Origin: Azolla caroliniana
Taxonomy: Eukaryota > Plantae > Polypodiophyta
Direction: 5' to 3'
NCBI GenBank assembly: GCA_043228905.1
Contig: JBHGNT010000009.1
Location: forward strand, 868,001 to 932,000
DNA length: 64,000 bases
The notes beneath the pieces were generated by a model that saw only the letters and a list, made by a program, of their open reading frames with translations, was not told where the DNA came from and did no database searches. This document shows, one piece after another, positions 1 to 11,767 of this stretch. Both the position numbers and the translations under genes were made by a program. Position 1 is the first letter of the stretch. Each line of letters begins with the position of its first letter.

Positions 1-1267
1 AGATCTACGAGTTTATTTTATAAAGCGATCCATCTTCTATGAGCAGGGTTGCTCTTCTTTTTGATGCAACAATTTACTGTTTTCTTGATCATTTCTGTAC
101 TATATGTTTCCTTGTCACGAGAAAACTTTCTCTTTACCTTTAAAATCCTGATGCCAAATTACTTTAAAACTAGACTCTTTCCTACACTTTGCTACTCTTT
201 CTTTGCTTTCAAACACTCAGAGAAGGAAAACTTGATAATGGAATGTCCTGATTTTATGAATTTTTGCATACCTGTGCGGTGTCATTATCTATATGCTCGC
301 TGTTTTCTTTCCTTTGAAACACTCGTGCTGAATTTTGAGCAGATATTTGAACTTAAGCTAGATACAAAATCCATTGCTATTTTGATCTATTTATACTCTG
401 CTGTGTACTGATCTACATGTGCTGAATTTGGTTTTACCTTGAAATAATTCTAGAAAATGATGAGTGGAATGCAACCTAGAATAGTTTATTTTAGTGAAGA
501 ATTTAACTCCCATGATTGTAATGCATTTTGATGACAATATTGAAATATGTTTTTGACTGTTTGCATCTTGTGATGTCTTTTTCCTATATCGACATCATTT
601 TGCTTTCCATTGAATACTTTCAAACGTAGGTTAACGTTAATGCGATTGTAATTGTTCTTGATCACTGGCATTTTCTGTTGTCTTTTATCTATGACTATTA
701 TTTATTTTCCCCTTGAAATACTCCTCCTTAATAGGACGCAATCTCCATGCAAATTTTTGACTGACTTTTGATTGCCTACACTACATATGATTTTGCTTTC
801 CCTCTGATAACTTTCCTGGAACGTGTTCACTAGAAGGGTGCTTTGCTCTGATAACTTTCCTGAAACATGCTCACTAGAAGGGAAGATCGATGCAAATGTA
901 CTGTCTTCAATTGCGTGCATCTTCATCTTGTGCTACCTTTTATATCTATGGACAACATTTTTCTTTCTGTCAATGTACTCCTAAAACAAACTGAAGAGAA
1001 GGCTAGGTTGAAGAGTTTATTTTAGAGAAGCAATTTATCTCTCTAATAATCCCTACTTTCTATTTTCCTGAGAAAATTAGTTTTCCCTTGAAATACTCTT
1101 AACAAGTAATGAGGTGAAAATTAATTTTAACATTCGGTTTCATAAAAACATTCGAAGCTATCCTACCAGGAACACATAGTTAGCTTTTTATGCATATGTT
1201 AAAAGGATACATAATTCGACCAGTGCAACTTACTTTCATATGTTTTGTGCAGAATGAAAGTCATAAT

Positions 1268-3860
1268 ATGGCTACCAAAAGCATGGTGCCAGAAAGTTTA
1301 TTGCAAGCTCCCAAATCGTTCATATGGTTGGAAAGTGCCGATGGCCACCAAGAAGAAGTAGAACAGGAGGTAGCCATGTTATGCCCCTTCATATGGAGGG
1401 CTATCTATCAGAATGGGAGTGGAACATCCAGGAAAACTCCAGTTGTTCTACCTTCACAGGTCACCCTCAGTGTTCTGACACCTATCTTAGAGTATTGCAG
1501 ATTCCATCAACAACCAGGGAGATCTAACAAGGTTGAAGCCTCTATCTGATTGTGGTTATTTGTTTCTTGTAATGCATTTGCTAACGTAACACAATCTATC
1601 TCTTTCCTATCTTGTAGGAGAGGAAATTATTTGATGAAAGGTTCATAAGGCTTGATACAAAGAAACTTTGTGAATTAACTGCTGCAGCTGATACCCTTGA
1701 AATGAAGGCATTGGTTGACTTAACAAGCAGAGCCCTGGCAAGGATGATAGAAGGAAAAACACCTGAGGAAATTCGTGAAACATTCCATTTACCAGATGAT
1801 TTGACTGAGGTAGCTATCTTCTGAAGGCACATATTTCTTTCATAAAAACATGTGGCCTCATCGATAGTGATGAATTTGCAGGAAGAGAAACTTGAGCCCC
1901 TGAAGAATACAACAGATGATCCGCGAATCAGGTTACTGAATCGACTTTATGCCAAAAAGCGTAAAGAACTTCAGGAGAAGGAGAAGCTTAAGGTACAATG
2001 TTGTTAACTGAATTGGCCTAGAACCTCTGGCATTTAATCTATGACATGCCCTGAATTTTTTTGTTTTTTTTGTAGAGCGTAGATCAAGGAGCATCACAGG
2101 ATGATCGGCCATTGGAGGACTTGCTGTCTTTTATCAACGGTGATGGAAAAGGTGACTAACAGATGGAACTACGATATTGCTGCCCATTGTGTTTATTGTT
2201 TTCACTGGTTAATTTAGAAGGATAGGGTGGTTAATGACTAATCATGTCAGGATTACATTTAACGGATCGAATGTTAACTAGACTCGACAGTTTCAGAGTT
2301 AGGTATTGTTTACTTATAATAGAGAAGGTCGGAATCTTCTATAATCAAATGTCTTATATTGGGGGATTGCCTATAAACTCTTGAGAGTCAGGTATATTTA
2401 TTCACGTTATAATTTTCTGAGTTAATGTCATGCTCAAAGAGATGGATGGCTTAATTTTTTGGCAATATGGCATCATGATAGATAGGTTTAGAGAAATTCT
2501 TGAGATGTACAAATCACGATGACTAAATGGACAAAGTATGCAGACAGGTAACAGCTTGTATGAGGATAGGAGGCCAAGGAATAGAACTATATGAAATCCA
2601 GAAGTTAGGGATCCAATGCAGTCTTCTGACTCTACATAGTTAACTGCTAGATAAAATAACTTTATGATCATATCTGACAATGTGCTGACCTGATGCTGAC
2701 CTCATCATGGTGAAACCTGGCCTGTCTCTTAGTTGGATCCATGTGCCATAAAAAATTCTGACCATGAAATGGTGTAAATGACAGCTAACTCATTGGGATC
2801 ATGAACTGTGGTTCTAAGCTGTTTCATAGTGTATAGGAAAAATACCTTCAAATTTCAGAATGTATTTTACTAATTGCAATTCCTAATTTTCATAGAACTT
2901 TTAATTGTTTATGTTCCTCCAGTGATGGTTTATTTACTGTTCTAGACTGACAATGTAAAGCTTTATGATTGAATCTTCATATTATGTGAAATATTGTTTG
3001 CATGGATTTTTATGTGTCTAGGTTCCTCCTATGATATATAATTTATTCTTCTAAACTGCCAACATAGAGCTGTTTGATTTAATATTCATATTGCATGAAA
3101 TATCTTTGCAATCCATGTTTAATTGCTTATTTCCTCCTCTGGTAAACTATTTGTCTAAACTGCCAATGTGAACTTTTTGATTGAATTTTCAATGAAAATA
3201 TCCTGGACTCTATAAAGAATTTGTTGTCCATTGTTCTAGATTGCAAAACTGGCAAGGGTGGAAAGTGTAAAAAGAAGCGTCATCATCGTAGGAAGAATGA
3301 ACCTCCCAAGGTTCAAGTAACTGAAAGTGCCTCGAGTAGTAGGCTTGAATTGGTCAGTCCTATCTATATTGTACTGTTTAAGAACATAGATCTATGTGCG
3401 ATGACACTTAACCTGTTGGTTATCCCTGTTTTCACAAAAAGGTGGGCCTTCAGGGTGCTGATATTAGTTTAGCCTTTGAGAATGAGCTTGATGGAGATGA
3501 TGGTTTGGATCCTGTCATGAAAGAGAAACTTGACAGGTACAAAAGTGGCAATCATACAAGAAAAGAAAAATATAACTTCAGGGAAGAAGTGATACACTCT
3601 GCCTGAAGGGTACAAATAGAATATCCTTTTTATATGCATTGTTTTTTATTTTCGTGCATGATTATAAAATCAGGGAGGTTGAAGATTTCGCTAGGCGATT
3701 AAATTCTGATTGGCCAGAACGAAGACTAATGCCAGATTATCTGACTCTAAACTCTCATGAGCAAAGACCACACCAACTAGGTCAAATCTCACTGAGGGTT
3801 GCATCTCGACCTCAAATTGGTTCTTGGGATGGAGGGAATGGCAGGATATTAAAAAGTTAG
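1268..3860 (+). CDS. ASK21: SKP1-like protein of the ASK20/ASK21 (type II SKP1) clade, 7 coding exons, about 345 aa
   Basis: Exons 1268-1531, 1618-1809, 1882-1992, 2076-2151, 3240-3352, 3442(or 3454)-3536, 3674-3860, all GT-AG with consistent phases. The translation has the ASK20/21 signatures FIWLESADG..VEQEVAMLCP, YCRFHQQPGRSNKERK, LVDLTSRALARMIEGKTPEEIRETFHLPDDLTEEEKLEP, DDPRIRLLNRLYAKKRKEL and LDREVEDFARRLNS. The start could instead be a 3-codon micro-exon (ATG AGC AGG|GT, 39-47) spliced in frame to the acceptor at 1253. Confidence 0.93.
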
Positions 3861-6257
3861 GTAATGATGACAAATAATTTGTTTTAAGAACTATTTGTAC
3901 ATGAATGCACAACACAATGTCATATTTTGATAATCGCCACGACTTATTCTAATTGAAAATCACAATTGTTTGACAGATGGAAAATGCTAGAGTCATCTTG
4001 TAGAGCTTTTGTTTTAGTTTTTCGAAGGGATCAAATATTGTCTGCAAGGGTTTAAAGTGTAAATTCATTCTATCCCAGCAGGTTTTCATCTCATTTATTA
4101 TTTTATTAATTTGTGTCAGGGTATCTCTCTAAATGACAAAAACTATTGTAATCAATATTTTAAAGTGAAAATCATAGAAATATTCTCCAAAATCGTAGAT
4201 ATAAAAAGTAATTCCTCTCCCTATATCCCTCTCTCTCTCTCCATTTTCTGCCAAATAATTTACTCAAAGATATATCAATACAATCTGCAAATTAGTCTAA
4301 TTGGAAGGACTTAGAAGTATTTAATCAAAGAATAATTATCACAGCTAAAAACTTAAATAATGGATTTTATAACAAGTAGATTTCCATCCCTCATTGTTGA
4401 ATATATATTTATGACTGATTATCATACTGAGAGAGTGGCTAGCTATAATCAATGGTATCATGTCATCAAATTGTCAGTCAATTAGAGAGAATAAACGATA
4501 AGTGCTATGATTGTACAATTTATAAATAGATTTGTTAGTCATTGTTGTTTATTACAAGAGAATGTAATAGATTTAAACCGTGATATAATCTCATCAAATC
4601 ACTGGCTGATTAGAGAGAATTCTATTGATAATGGTATAATCTATTATGATCTCATTTTTCAATTGTCAAAATTTCTATCGACTGTGATATAATATCTAAT
4701 AAAATAGGACAAAGAATAGATATCCTTGAATGAAGAGTTCATGGATGGTAAATCCAAGTTTAAGAAAAAGTTTGAAAATAATTTAGGGTTTCAAGAATTA
4801 AAGTGTATATTTATAGCTTTCACCTATTTTTAATGCCAAAATTGAATGATAATCAATTTATTTTTATGCAGATGCTCGAGGCGGTCAAACAGGGAGCTTA
4901 TTCTGATCGAAGATTTGCTGTTGATCCATAGAACTAACTTTGTGCTGAGATCTGTAGATTTCTAATTCTTTATTTCTCAGGCAAATTTTGTGCTGAGATC
5001 TGTAGATTTGCCCCCTGAAATTTTTGGTGTGCTGGCTGGCTGGCCATTCTAGTCACAGCATTTAAGCCTTTGTAATTTGATTCCAACATTGAGAAGTTTT
5101 GAATTTACAACTTGGGCTTTCTGCATAATCAATCAGCGCAGGGGACATAGCCATTTTTCATAAGATGACAGGGAGAATGTCAAAACTTTGTATAAGAGGG
5201 CATATTAGGGGACATTTACCCTTGATCAATTCTATGTTAGCGGAAAGATCAAATTCAGTATTTTCCAGCTGTCTCTAGAAAGGATTGTGTTTGGGGAAAA
5301 CTCTGTAGCATAAATCCTGAACATGCATGACTGCAGTTTGTGATGCAGCCATGATATGTCTGAAGGTATCTTTTCACTTCAAGATTTGTATTGTATGTGG
5401 CCTGCCCATTTGTGGTGCTGAATCAAAAATGGCCCAGGATATTATAATCTTGACCTCTATAGGTTGGCATGGCAGATGATCTGTCACACTTTCAGGTGGG
5501 TTATTGAGGCAGGGTGATGTATAGAAAATGTTGATGTCAATATACTTATTACATAGGCCTGTGATAACCTCATTTGAGTGGATGTAATATTCTGGATTTC
5601 TCATTGGTATTAGTTTCTTTATATACTTTAGGATCAAACATACAGTTGAATAAAGCTCACCCTTTGATTCACCTGAGTTCCCAGATGGGTATATTTGACT
5701 GTACGAAATCTTGGAATGCATGATTGACTTAAATGTATAGGTATTAATAGGTCATGCAATTCAAATGGTCTTTCGATAGGTATTTGGTTAGTTGTGATGT
5801 GTAGATAAATATTACGATGAAGTTTTGAAAACTAGGTTTGAAGAGAAGTGAAGATCATACCACTTTCAATTGCTCATTCTGATTGGTTGGAAGTCCCATC
5901 GTTTGAAGGATAGCAATATATCTGGACTCATTCAAGTAGCATAAGCAGGCACATGAGATCCTAGCAACGCAGTATTGGTAACCATTTTGTAGACACAACC
6001 TCCAAATCTCGCGTATCAGGCAGTGTGTAAATATTGAGGGACTTTATAAAAGTAAATTGTATGGGTATTGTAGAATTATTGACAGGGAATGAAGTATATA
6101 AATGAAAACAGTGACTGATGAGCAGTACAAAATCATGTGTTGTGACTAGATTCTTAATAATATGGCGTAGCTCATTTGATGTATATTTGATTAGAGAATG
6201 GTTAAGCGCACATGAGATTTACCTGTAGATGATCATGGGACAAAATGAACAGTATGT

Positions 6258-6442
6258 AGTTTACTTATATATTTCCAAGCTAAATCATCCAAGTCAATTA
6301 CAGTGTATATATTTTAGGAGTTTACTTATTTATTTCAAAGCTAAAACATCCAAGTCAGTTACAGTGTATATATTTTAGGAGTTTACTTATTTATTTCCAA
6401 GCTAAAACATCCAAGTCAATTACAGTGTATATATTTTAGGAG
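6258..6442. repeat. 61-bp tandem repeat, 3 copies, between the 3' ends of ASK21 and EF-P
   Basis: Unit agtttacttat(a/t)tattt(c)(c/a)aagctaaa(t/a)catccaagtca(a/g)ttacagtgtatatattttagg occurs three times with few mismatches. Confidence 0.9.
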
Positions 6443-6993
6443 AACATATCTACATGCACATGAATTAATGAACTGATGTTAAAAGTGACTTGCAGAAGAG
6501 GTTAGACAATTCTCACGTGTGCAAGTGCACTTACAAATTCATATATTGGTATATCTTTGGACAAGTCCATTGCCGAGAGTCCAACTTGCAAATATGAAAA
6601 AAACTTAAATAAAGGGAAAGAATGAAAAAACTTTAAAATGATGAGCATGGCATAATGTTGAAGTCCATTGCTGAGAGTCCAGCTTGGAAGCACGAAAAAA
6701 AACATACATATCCATACAAAACCATAAATAAAGGGAAAGAATGAAAAAACTTTAAAATGATGAGCATGGTGTAATGTTGAATTGTAAATGCCTTGCGCGG
6801 ATGCCACATTTAAGCATTTCTTTTTTTATACATTGTCAGATATTGAAAGGGTTTGCAATTTTGGCAAGAAAAATTATACATGTATAATCCTCAAATAACT
6901 CATACTACAAAAAAGAGGAGTCATGTTCGTTGCTCATTTGTGGAGATTCCCAGATATATAAAAATACATTGAATAAACAAATATCAAATTAAC

Positions 6994-9900
6994 CTACGCA
7001 CGACTTATGTAAGACCCAGTTCTTGTGTCCACAATGATTGTATCATCGGAATTAACAAATAAAGGAACATTAACCACAGCTCCTGTTTCAAGAGTAGCTG
7101 GCTTCGAACCTCCTCCTGAAAAAGCAAACGAGAATTGAAGTGAATAACTTGAATATTAGATATTATAATAGAGAGAATATTAAATATTGTTGAAATAAGA
7201 GTTTTGACTAGCCTTGAGCAGTGTCCCCTTTCACACCAGGATCAGTCTCAACTATCTTCAGCTTGACATTAATCGGTACCTCTACATCTATTACCTGAAA
7301 AAGCCACCATTAACTAGAAAAATATTAGTGACAAGATGGATGTGTAAAACATATCTATCTATCTATCTATCTATAATAAAGAGGGCTAACAGAAGTGACT
7401 GAGAACTTGACTTACAAAACCTCAACCCTTTTTATACTTACCCGTCCATTCCATGCTAGAACATTGCAGTCCATTCCCTCCTTGAGCCACTTATTCTTAT
7501 CTCCTATATCTGATTCGTTCAGCCTTGATTCTTCATATGTTACCTATAATATGTATGAACGTTCTGATTTACTCTTCAATAAAATATATGGCCAACAATA
7601 GACGTCTACCATGAAGACCTCTTCAAGATGACATTGCTTCATATTTATTATTGGTTCTCTTTTTAAGTTTGCTTCCTTTTCTTACCTCTGTCAAAAAGTA
7701 CTAGAAAGATAACAGGAAAAAACTCTGAAATTACTGCATTTCTTTATTTCCCCAAACATCCCTCATTTTTTGTTATTTGCCCAAATAGCTGGTCAGCCTC
7801 CCAAGGACAATAGGTTGACAAAATCAAGCAAAAAAAAAAAACTATCACATATAATCAAATGAATTCGGATGAATAGCAGATAGAATTGCCCTGAGAACAA
7901 AGTTGACCAGGGAATTTGGGGAAATTGAGAAAACTTGTGGGTATTTTGGGTTTTTTCCTAAAATAATACCATTGTAGATCATTTCCTCATTATTCCTTAG
8001 TTGTCTGCATTGGGGCTTGAATTTGTCTGTTTTTCCACCTTCGCAACTATACTACATATCTTGCATCAGTAAGTTAGTGGCTTCTCATATTTCCTCATCC
8101 TCATTGTAATGAGAGTTACACAGACAATAATGGATACTTCTTTATGTTAAAAGCTTATTCTACTGTGGGTTTGGGTTTTCTACTTTAGGGAGTTTAGATT
8201 GATTTAATTGACCTCTCTTTTCTGAAATTTGCATTATCATTGCCATTTCCTATTCACCCTCACCCTTCAGCAATAGAGAAGTAACTTTCATCCAAACGCT
8301 TGGGAGCTAAATGTGAAATCTCATCAGAGCAAAATAACACAAAATGCCCTTGAAACCCATCAGCTATCAATAAATTAACATGCAGTTTCTTAACATTTGA
8401 TTAGATTGTTCCATATAATAATCTAGCCTCTAATGTCAATAATGTTTGGAGCTGATCATTCGGTGACAAGAATGCTTCTGGAGAACAGTGCCTACTTTTT
8501 CCAAAGAGAACTACCATAAGCATGGGTGCCTAGTAGGATCAAGCCAATAATTGATATTAGTTTTTCTCAAGCTTCTATTTTTTTTTTTTGCGCTGTCCTG
8601 CAAAATACATCCTTCAGTATGGGTCTCTTTCCTTTCAAATGTCTGTTTCCCAAGTGTCACAGTGCATGCTATTCCCTGTTCTTTCCTACGAAGTGCACCC
8701 TTCCTCTGGTTCATAAGCCTCATTTTCCTTCAGGTTTAGCACTTACACAAAATTTTCATACCATCATTACCCAATTTCAGAAATATGCATGTTTTACATT
8801 CTATATTTTGACATTATCTTTGCTAGTTCCCTTTTATAATATGGTTTGCAAAGTATACATACCATATCCATAAAAACATATTGATCGCCTTCTTTATAAG
8901 TGAATTGCTTCACATCCTTCTCCACCCTAGCTTCGTCAACCTGTAATCCCAGGGATGGAAACCATTAATCAACTAAGTTTCAGCATTAGTTTCAATTCAT
9001 CAATAGTTGAAATATGACTGCATTTTTCTCTGCAAGATACCAGAGATGTCTCTTATTTATGGCTTTTGAGGAAAACATACTTATCTCGTCAATGATTGAG
9101 TTAAAAGAATGCAGACAAACACAAAGATAGTTTTACAGAAATGGTACCCTTACAAGCCAGCTATAGTGAATATAAACGATTATCAATTCCATTGTGAATA
9201 CCAAAGATTATTAATTCCATCGCAATTACTCTTACAAGATAAATCCAAGTAGACATGTTTATGCTCAAATCAAACTTACCGATTCACCTGCACGGAATGT
9301 CTTCTCCATTGTATTTCCAGTGATGTAATTCTTTAATTTTGTTCTAACAAAGGCAGCACCTTTTCCAGGCTTGACATGGAGAAACTCTGCAATGAGTGAA
9401 GAAGAACATTTACACACCTTAACATAATTTGGAATTGAGGCTTCAAGAAACCAATATATTATCAAGATATATATACATAAGCAATCCAATGATGCACCTA
9501 GTATCTTCCATGGAGATCCATCAAATTCAATGCTTGCTCCTGTCTTGAAATCGTTACTTGATATTGCACAAATAGCTGTCCACAAATGTGAAAGAAGAAA
9601 AACTGTAAGCAATTTACCCTCGAAAGATCAAGGAATAGCAATGCACTAAAATGTTAAGGAAAATCTAGAACATAGCATCTTTTTTGGGAGTTTGTTGTTT
9701 ATGGTTGAAATCATCAGAAGATAGATTTTATTCAATACAAAGATAAATGCTGCATTGTTATCACATCATCAGAAGATAGATTTTATTCAATACAAAGATA
9801 AATGCTGCATTGTTATCACATCATCCAATGAATATTAGATTTCGGTTATCTGCATGTTCATGAATTAGGATCATTGAGCTTTTCTACATGCTACATATTC

Positions 9901-10579
9901 CATGATACAAGGAAAAGAAACCATAAAAGACATATAATAAAGAACTGTGCATTCTCACAGTGGATACTCTTTGCAACATTTTTTCTCGGTTTGATAATGT
10001 ATTGAGAAACTGATAATATCTCTCACATTTCGTGTTTACTAATGAAGAAGGAAAGCATTGAAACAAGAAGCCACTCCTTACAGAGCTTACAATTAGATGA
10101 GTATAATTGCTTTCCTCATATATCTCGACGATTTTTCCTGGCCAACTATGAAGAAACAAGAATAAAAAATTCTCACATTACATTCAGAGAGATTCTATTT
10201 AAAATTTAATTCATGAATTTCCTACATGCGTATATATGTTTCCAACAGACAAATTTCTGGCCTTAATGATGTTTTATCTGTTTGTTATACGACATTTCCC
10301 GGTTGCTTTGTCATGAAGAAACGGAACGACAGAGAGGGGGAGTGATAGGGAGTAGAGAAACGTACAAAGAGGGTGATAATTGCGTCCAGTGTGAGTGGAA
10401 GTTCCAGCTCCAGTTCCTGGCCATGGCGATCTGCAGAGGTGAAGATGGTAGGCGTTGCGAAGAGAAGACGAGGAAGAAAGGGCAGAAGAAGAAGAAAGAG
10501 AAGGAGGAGGCCATGTGAGGTGTGAGGAGGTAACGATGAAGTCTGTCGTCGTCGTCGTCGTCATCATCATCATCATCAT
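6994..10579 (-). CDS. efp: Plastid-type translation elongation factor P with Ser/Thr-rich transit peptide, 7 exons, about 260 aa
   Basis: Minus-strand exons 10579-10366, 9575-9498, 9386-9280, 8940-8863, 7543-7442, 7294-7213, 7115-6994, all phases consistent. Translation includes [42 protein letters not shown] (PGKG loop), [22 protein letters not shown] and [11 protein letters not shown](G)[31 protein letters not shown]. The last intron needs a GC donor. Confidence 0.95.
7714..7959. mobile_element. Degenerate MITE-like inverted-repeat element in EF-P intron 4
   Basis: Left end aggaaaaaactctgaaattactgcatttctttatttccccaaacatccc is an imperfect reverse complement of the right end gggaatttggggaaattgagaaaacttgtgggtattttgggttttttcct. 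Flanks aaagataac / aaaataata resemble a decayed ~9-bp target-site duplication (TSD; Mutator-like). Confidence 0.5.
9711..9824. repeat. Perfect 55-bp tandem duplication in EF-P intron 1
   Basis: tcatcagaagatagattttattcaatacaaagataaatgctgcattgttatcaca repeated head to tail. Confidence 0.9.
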
Positions 10580-10800
10580 CTATCCTTTCTTCTTCTTCTT
10601 CTTCTTCTTCTTCTGCCTTCTCCTCCTCTTCTTCAATCAATCTTCAAGAGATGATGAAGGAACAAAAGGTCTCTTTTTTTTTCCAGTAAATAAATAATGG
10701 CCTTCGTTACGAAAGAAAAAACACCACCCATGACTAACTTACTACAAAGTATAAAACCCTTCTATCTATCTATCGGGGGATCTAAAGCCTACTACGACTC

Positions 10801-11010
10801 CAAACTCAATGCGGCCCTACATACCAATTCGAATGGCGAATATGATGATATATGACCTTGCATAGCTCTCTCTCTCTCATAATGGTAAAGCTATAAATTA
10901 TTAACAAACTCAATGCGGCCCTATAGACCAATTCAAATGGCGAATATGATGATATATGACCTTGCATAGCTCTCTCTCTCTCATAATGGTAAAGCTACAA
11001 ATTATTAACA
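10801..11010. repeat. ~104-bp tandem duplication containing a short (CT)n, upstream of EF-P
   Basis: caaactcaatgcggccct...gaccttgcatagctctctctctctcataatggtaaagcta(t/c)aaattattaa occurs at 10801-10904 and 10905-11008. Confidence 0.85.
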
Positions 11011-11043
11011 TGGAGGTACAAGGTTCAAATCTTGCCCTATGCA
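10963..11043 (+). other. Degenerate tRNA-like (SINE-head-like) sequence interrupted by (CT)n
   Basis: Ends TGCATAG (10963-10969) and CTATGCA (11037-11043) are complementary. It has an A-box-like AATGGTAAAGC and a B-box-like GGTTCAAATC (11022-11031) inside a CAAG/CTTG stem. It does not form an intact cloverleaf. Confidence 0.45.
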
Positions 11044-11084
11044 TGTAACATGTATTCTCATATTTGACCTCCGAAGACGATAAT

Positions 11085-11088
<4 letters not shown>

Positions 11089-11131
<43 letters not shown>

Positions 11132-11714
11132 ATGGTTGAGATTTCGTGACTTCTCTAGCACTGCCATTTTTGCCACAAAAGACGTCCTTTTAACTTTACA
11201 ACATAGTTTCTCACCCCAACTTGCGAATCAAAAGTGAAGGCATTCTGCATATTCTGATTGAACCATTGCCCCCAATACCTCAAGAACTCAAAAATAGTTT
11301 GAAAATGAGGCATTGGTTCATTGTTCTCCATATGTGCAAAAACCCAATCGAAGGAAGATAGGCTTACTCCAGTTACAGACATCCACACTAAACTGATACA
11401 CCCCCAAACCATCGTTGCCATTGGGCATGAAATAAATCGATGACTTCTATGTTCCAATTCCACCGAACAAAAGAAACACAATCCTTTAGCAATGTTTCTT
11501 TTTTTTAATGCATCCCCCAATGGTAACGCTCCATCCATAACTCTCCAAATGAATACCTTAGTTTGTAGCATCAATCGAGAACACCAACTTGCCTTGATCA
11601 CATGCAGCCACCAGGTAATGGGCGTATGAAAACCCCATATCTTTATAACCCATTCTTCCATCCACTTATGTTTGACAATCAACTTGTGATAAACAACATT
11701 TGTTGAGATCATAG

Positions 11715-11762
<48 letters not shown>
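11089..11762 (-). mobile_element. LINE ORF2 C-terminal (zf-RVT) fragment bracketed by (TC)20 and (TC)22
   Basis: The ORF 11155-11892 region translates KVFIWRVMDGALPLGDALKKRNIAKGLCFFCSVELEHRSHRFISCP..FEFLRYWG, homologous to the C-terminus of the LINE at 60.2-60.6 kb. Microsatellites lie at 11089-11128 and 11719-11762. Confidence 0.85.

Positions 11763-11767
<5 letters not shown>

Noticed and set aside
1254-1361. Out-of-frame 35-codon ORF overlapping the ASK21 start (possible uORF)
   Set aside because: It is only upstream if 1268 is the true start. An in-frame micro-exon start at 39-47 is also possible, so no regulatory claim can be supported.
6258-6442. Regularly spaced repeats resembling a CRISPR array
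   Set aside because: The whole 61-bp unit repeats with no unique spacers, there are no cas genes, and the context is eukaryotic.
10274-10697. Several overlapping low-complexity ORFs (poly-E/D/F/I)
   Set aside because: By-products of trinucleotide microsatellites; only the MMMMMMT frame splices into EF-P.
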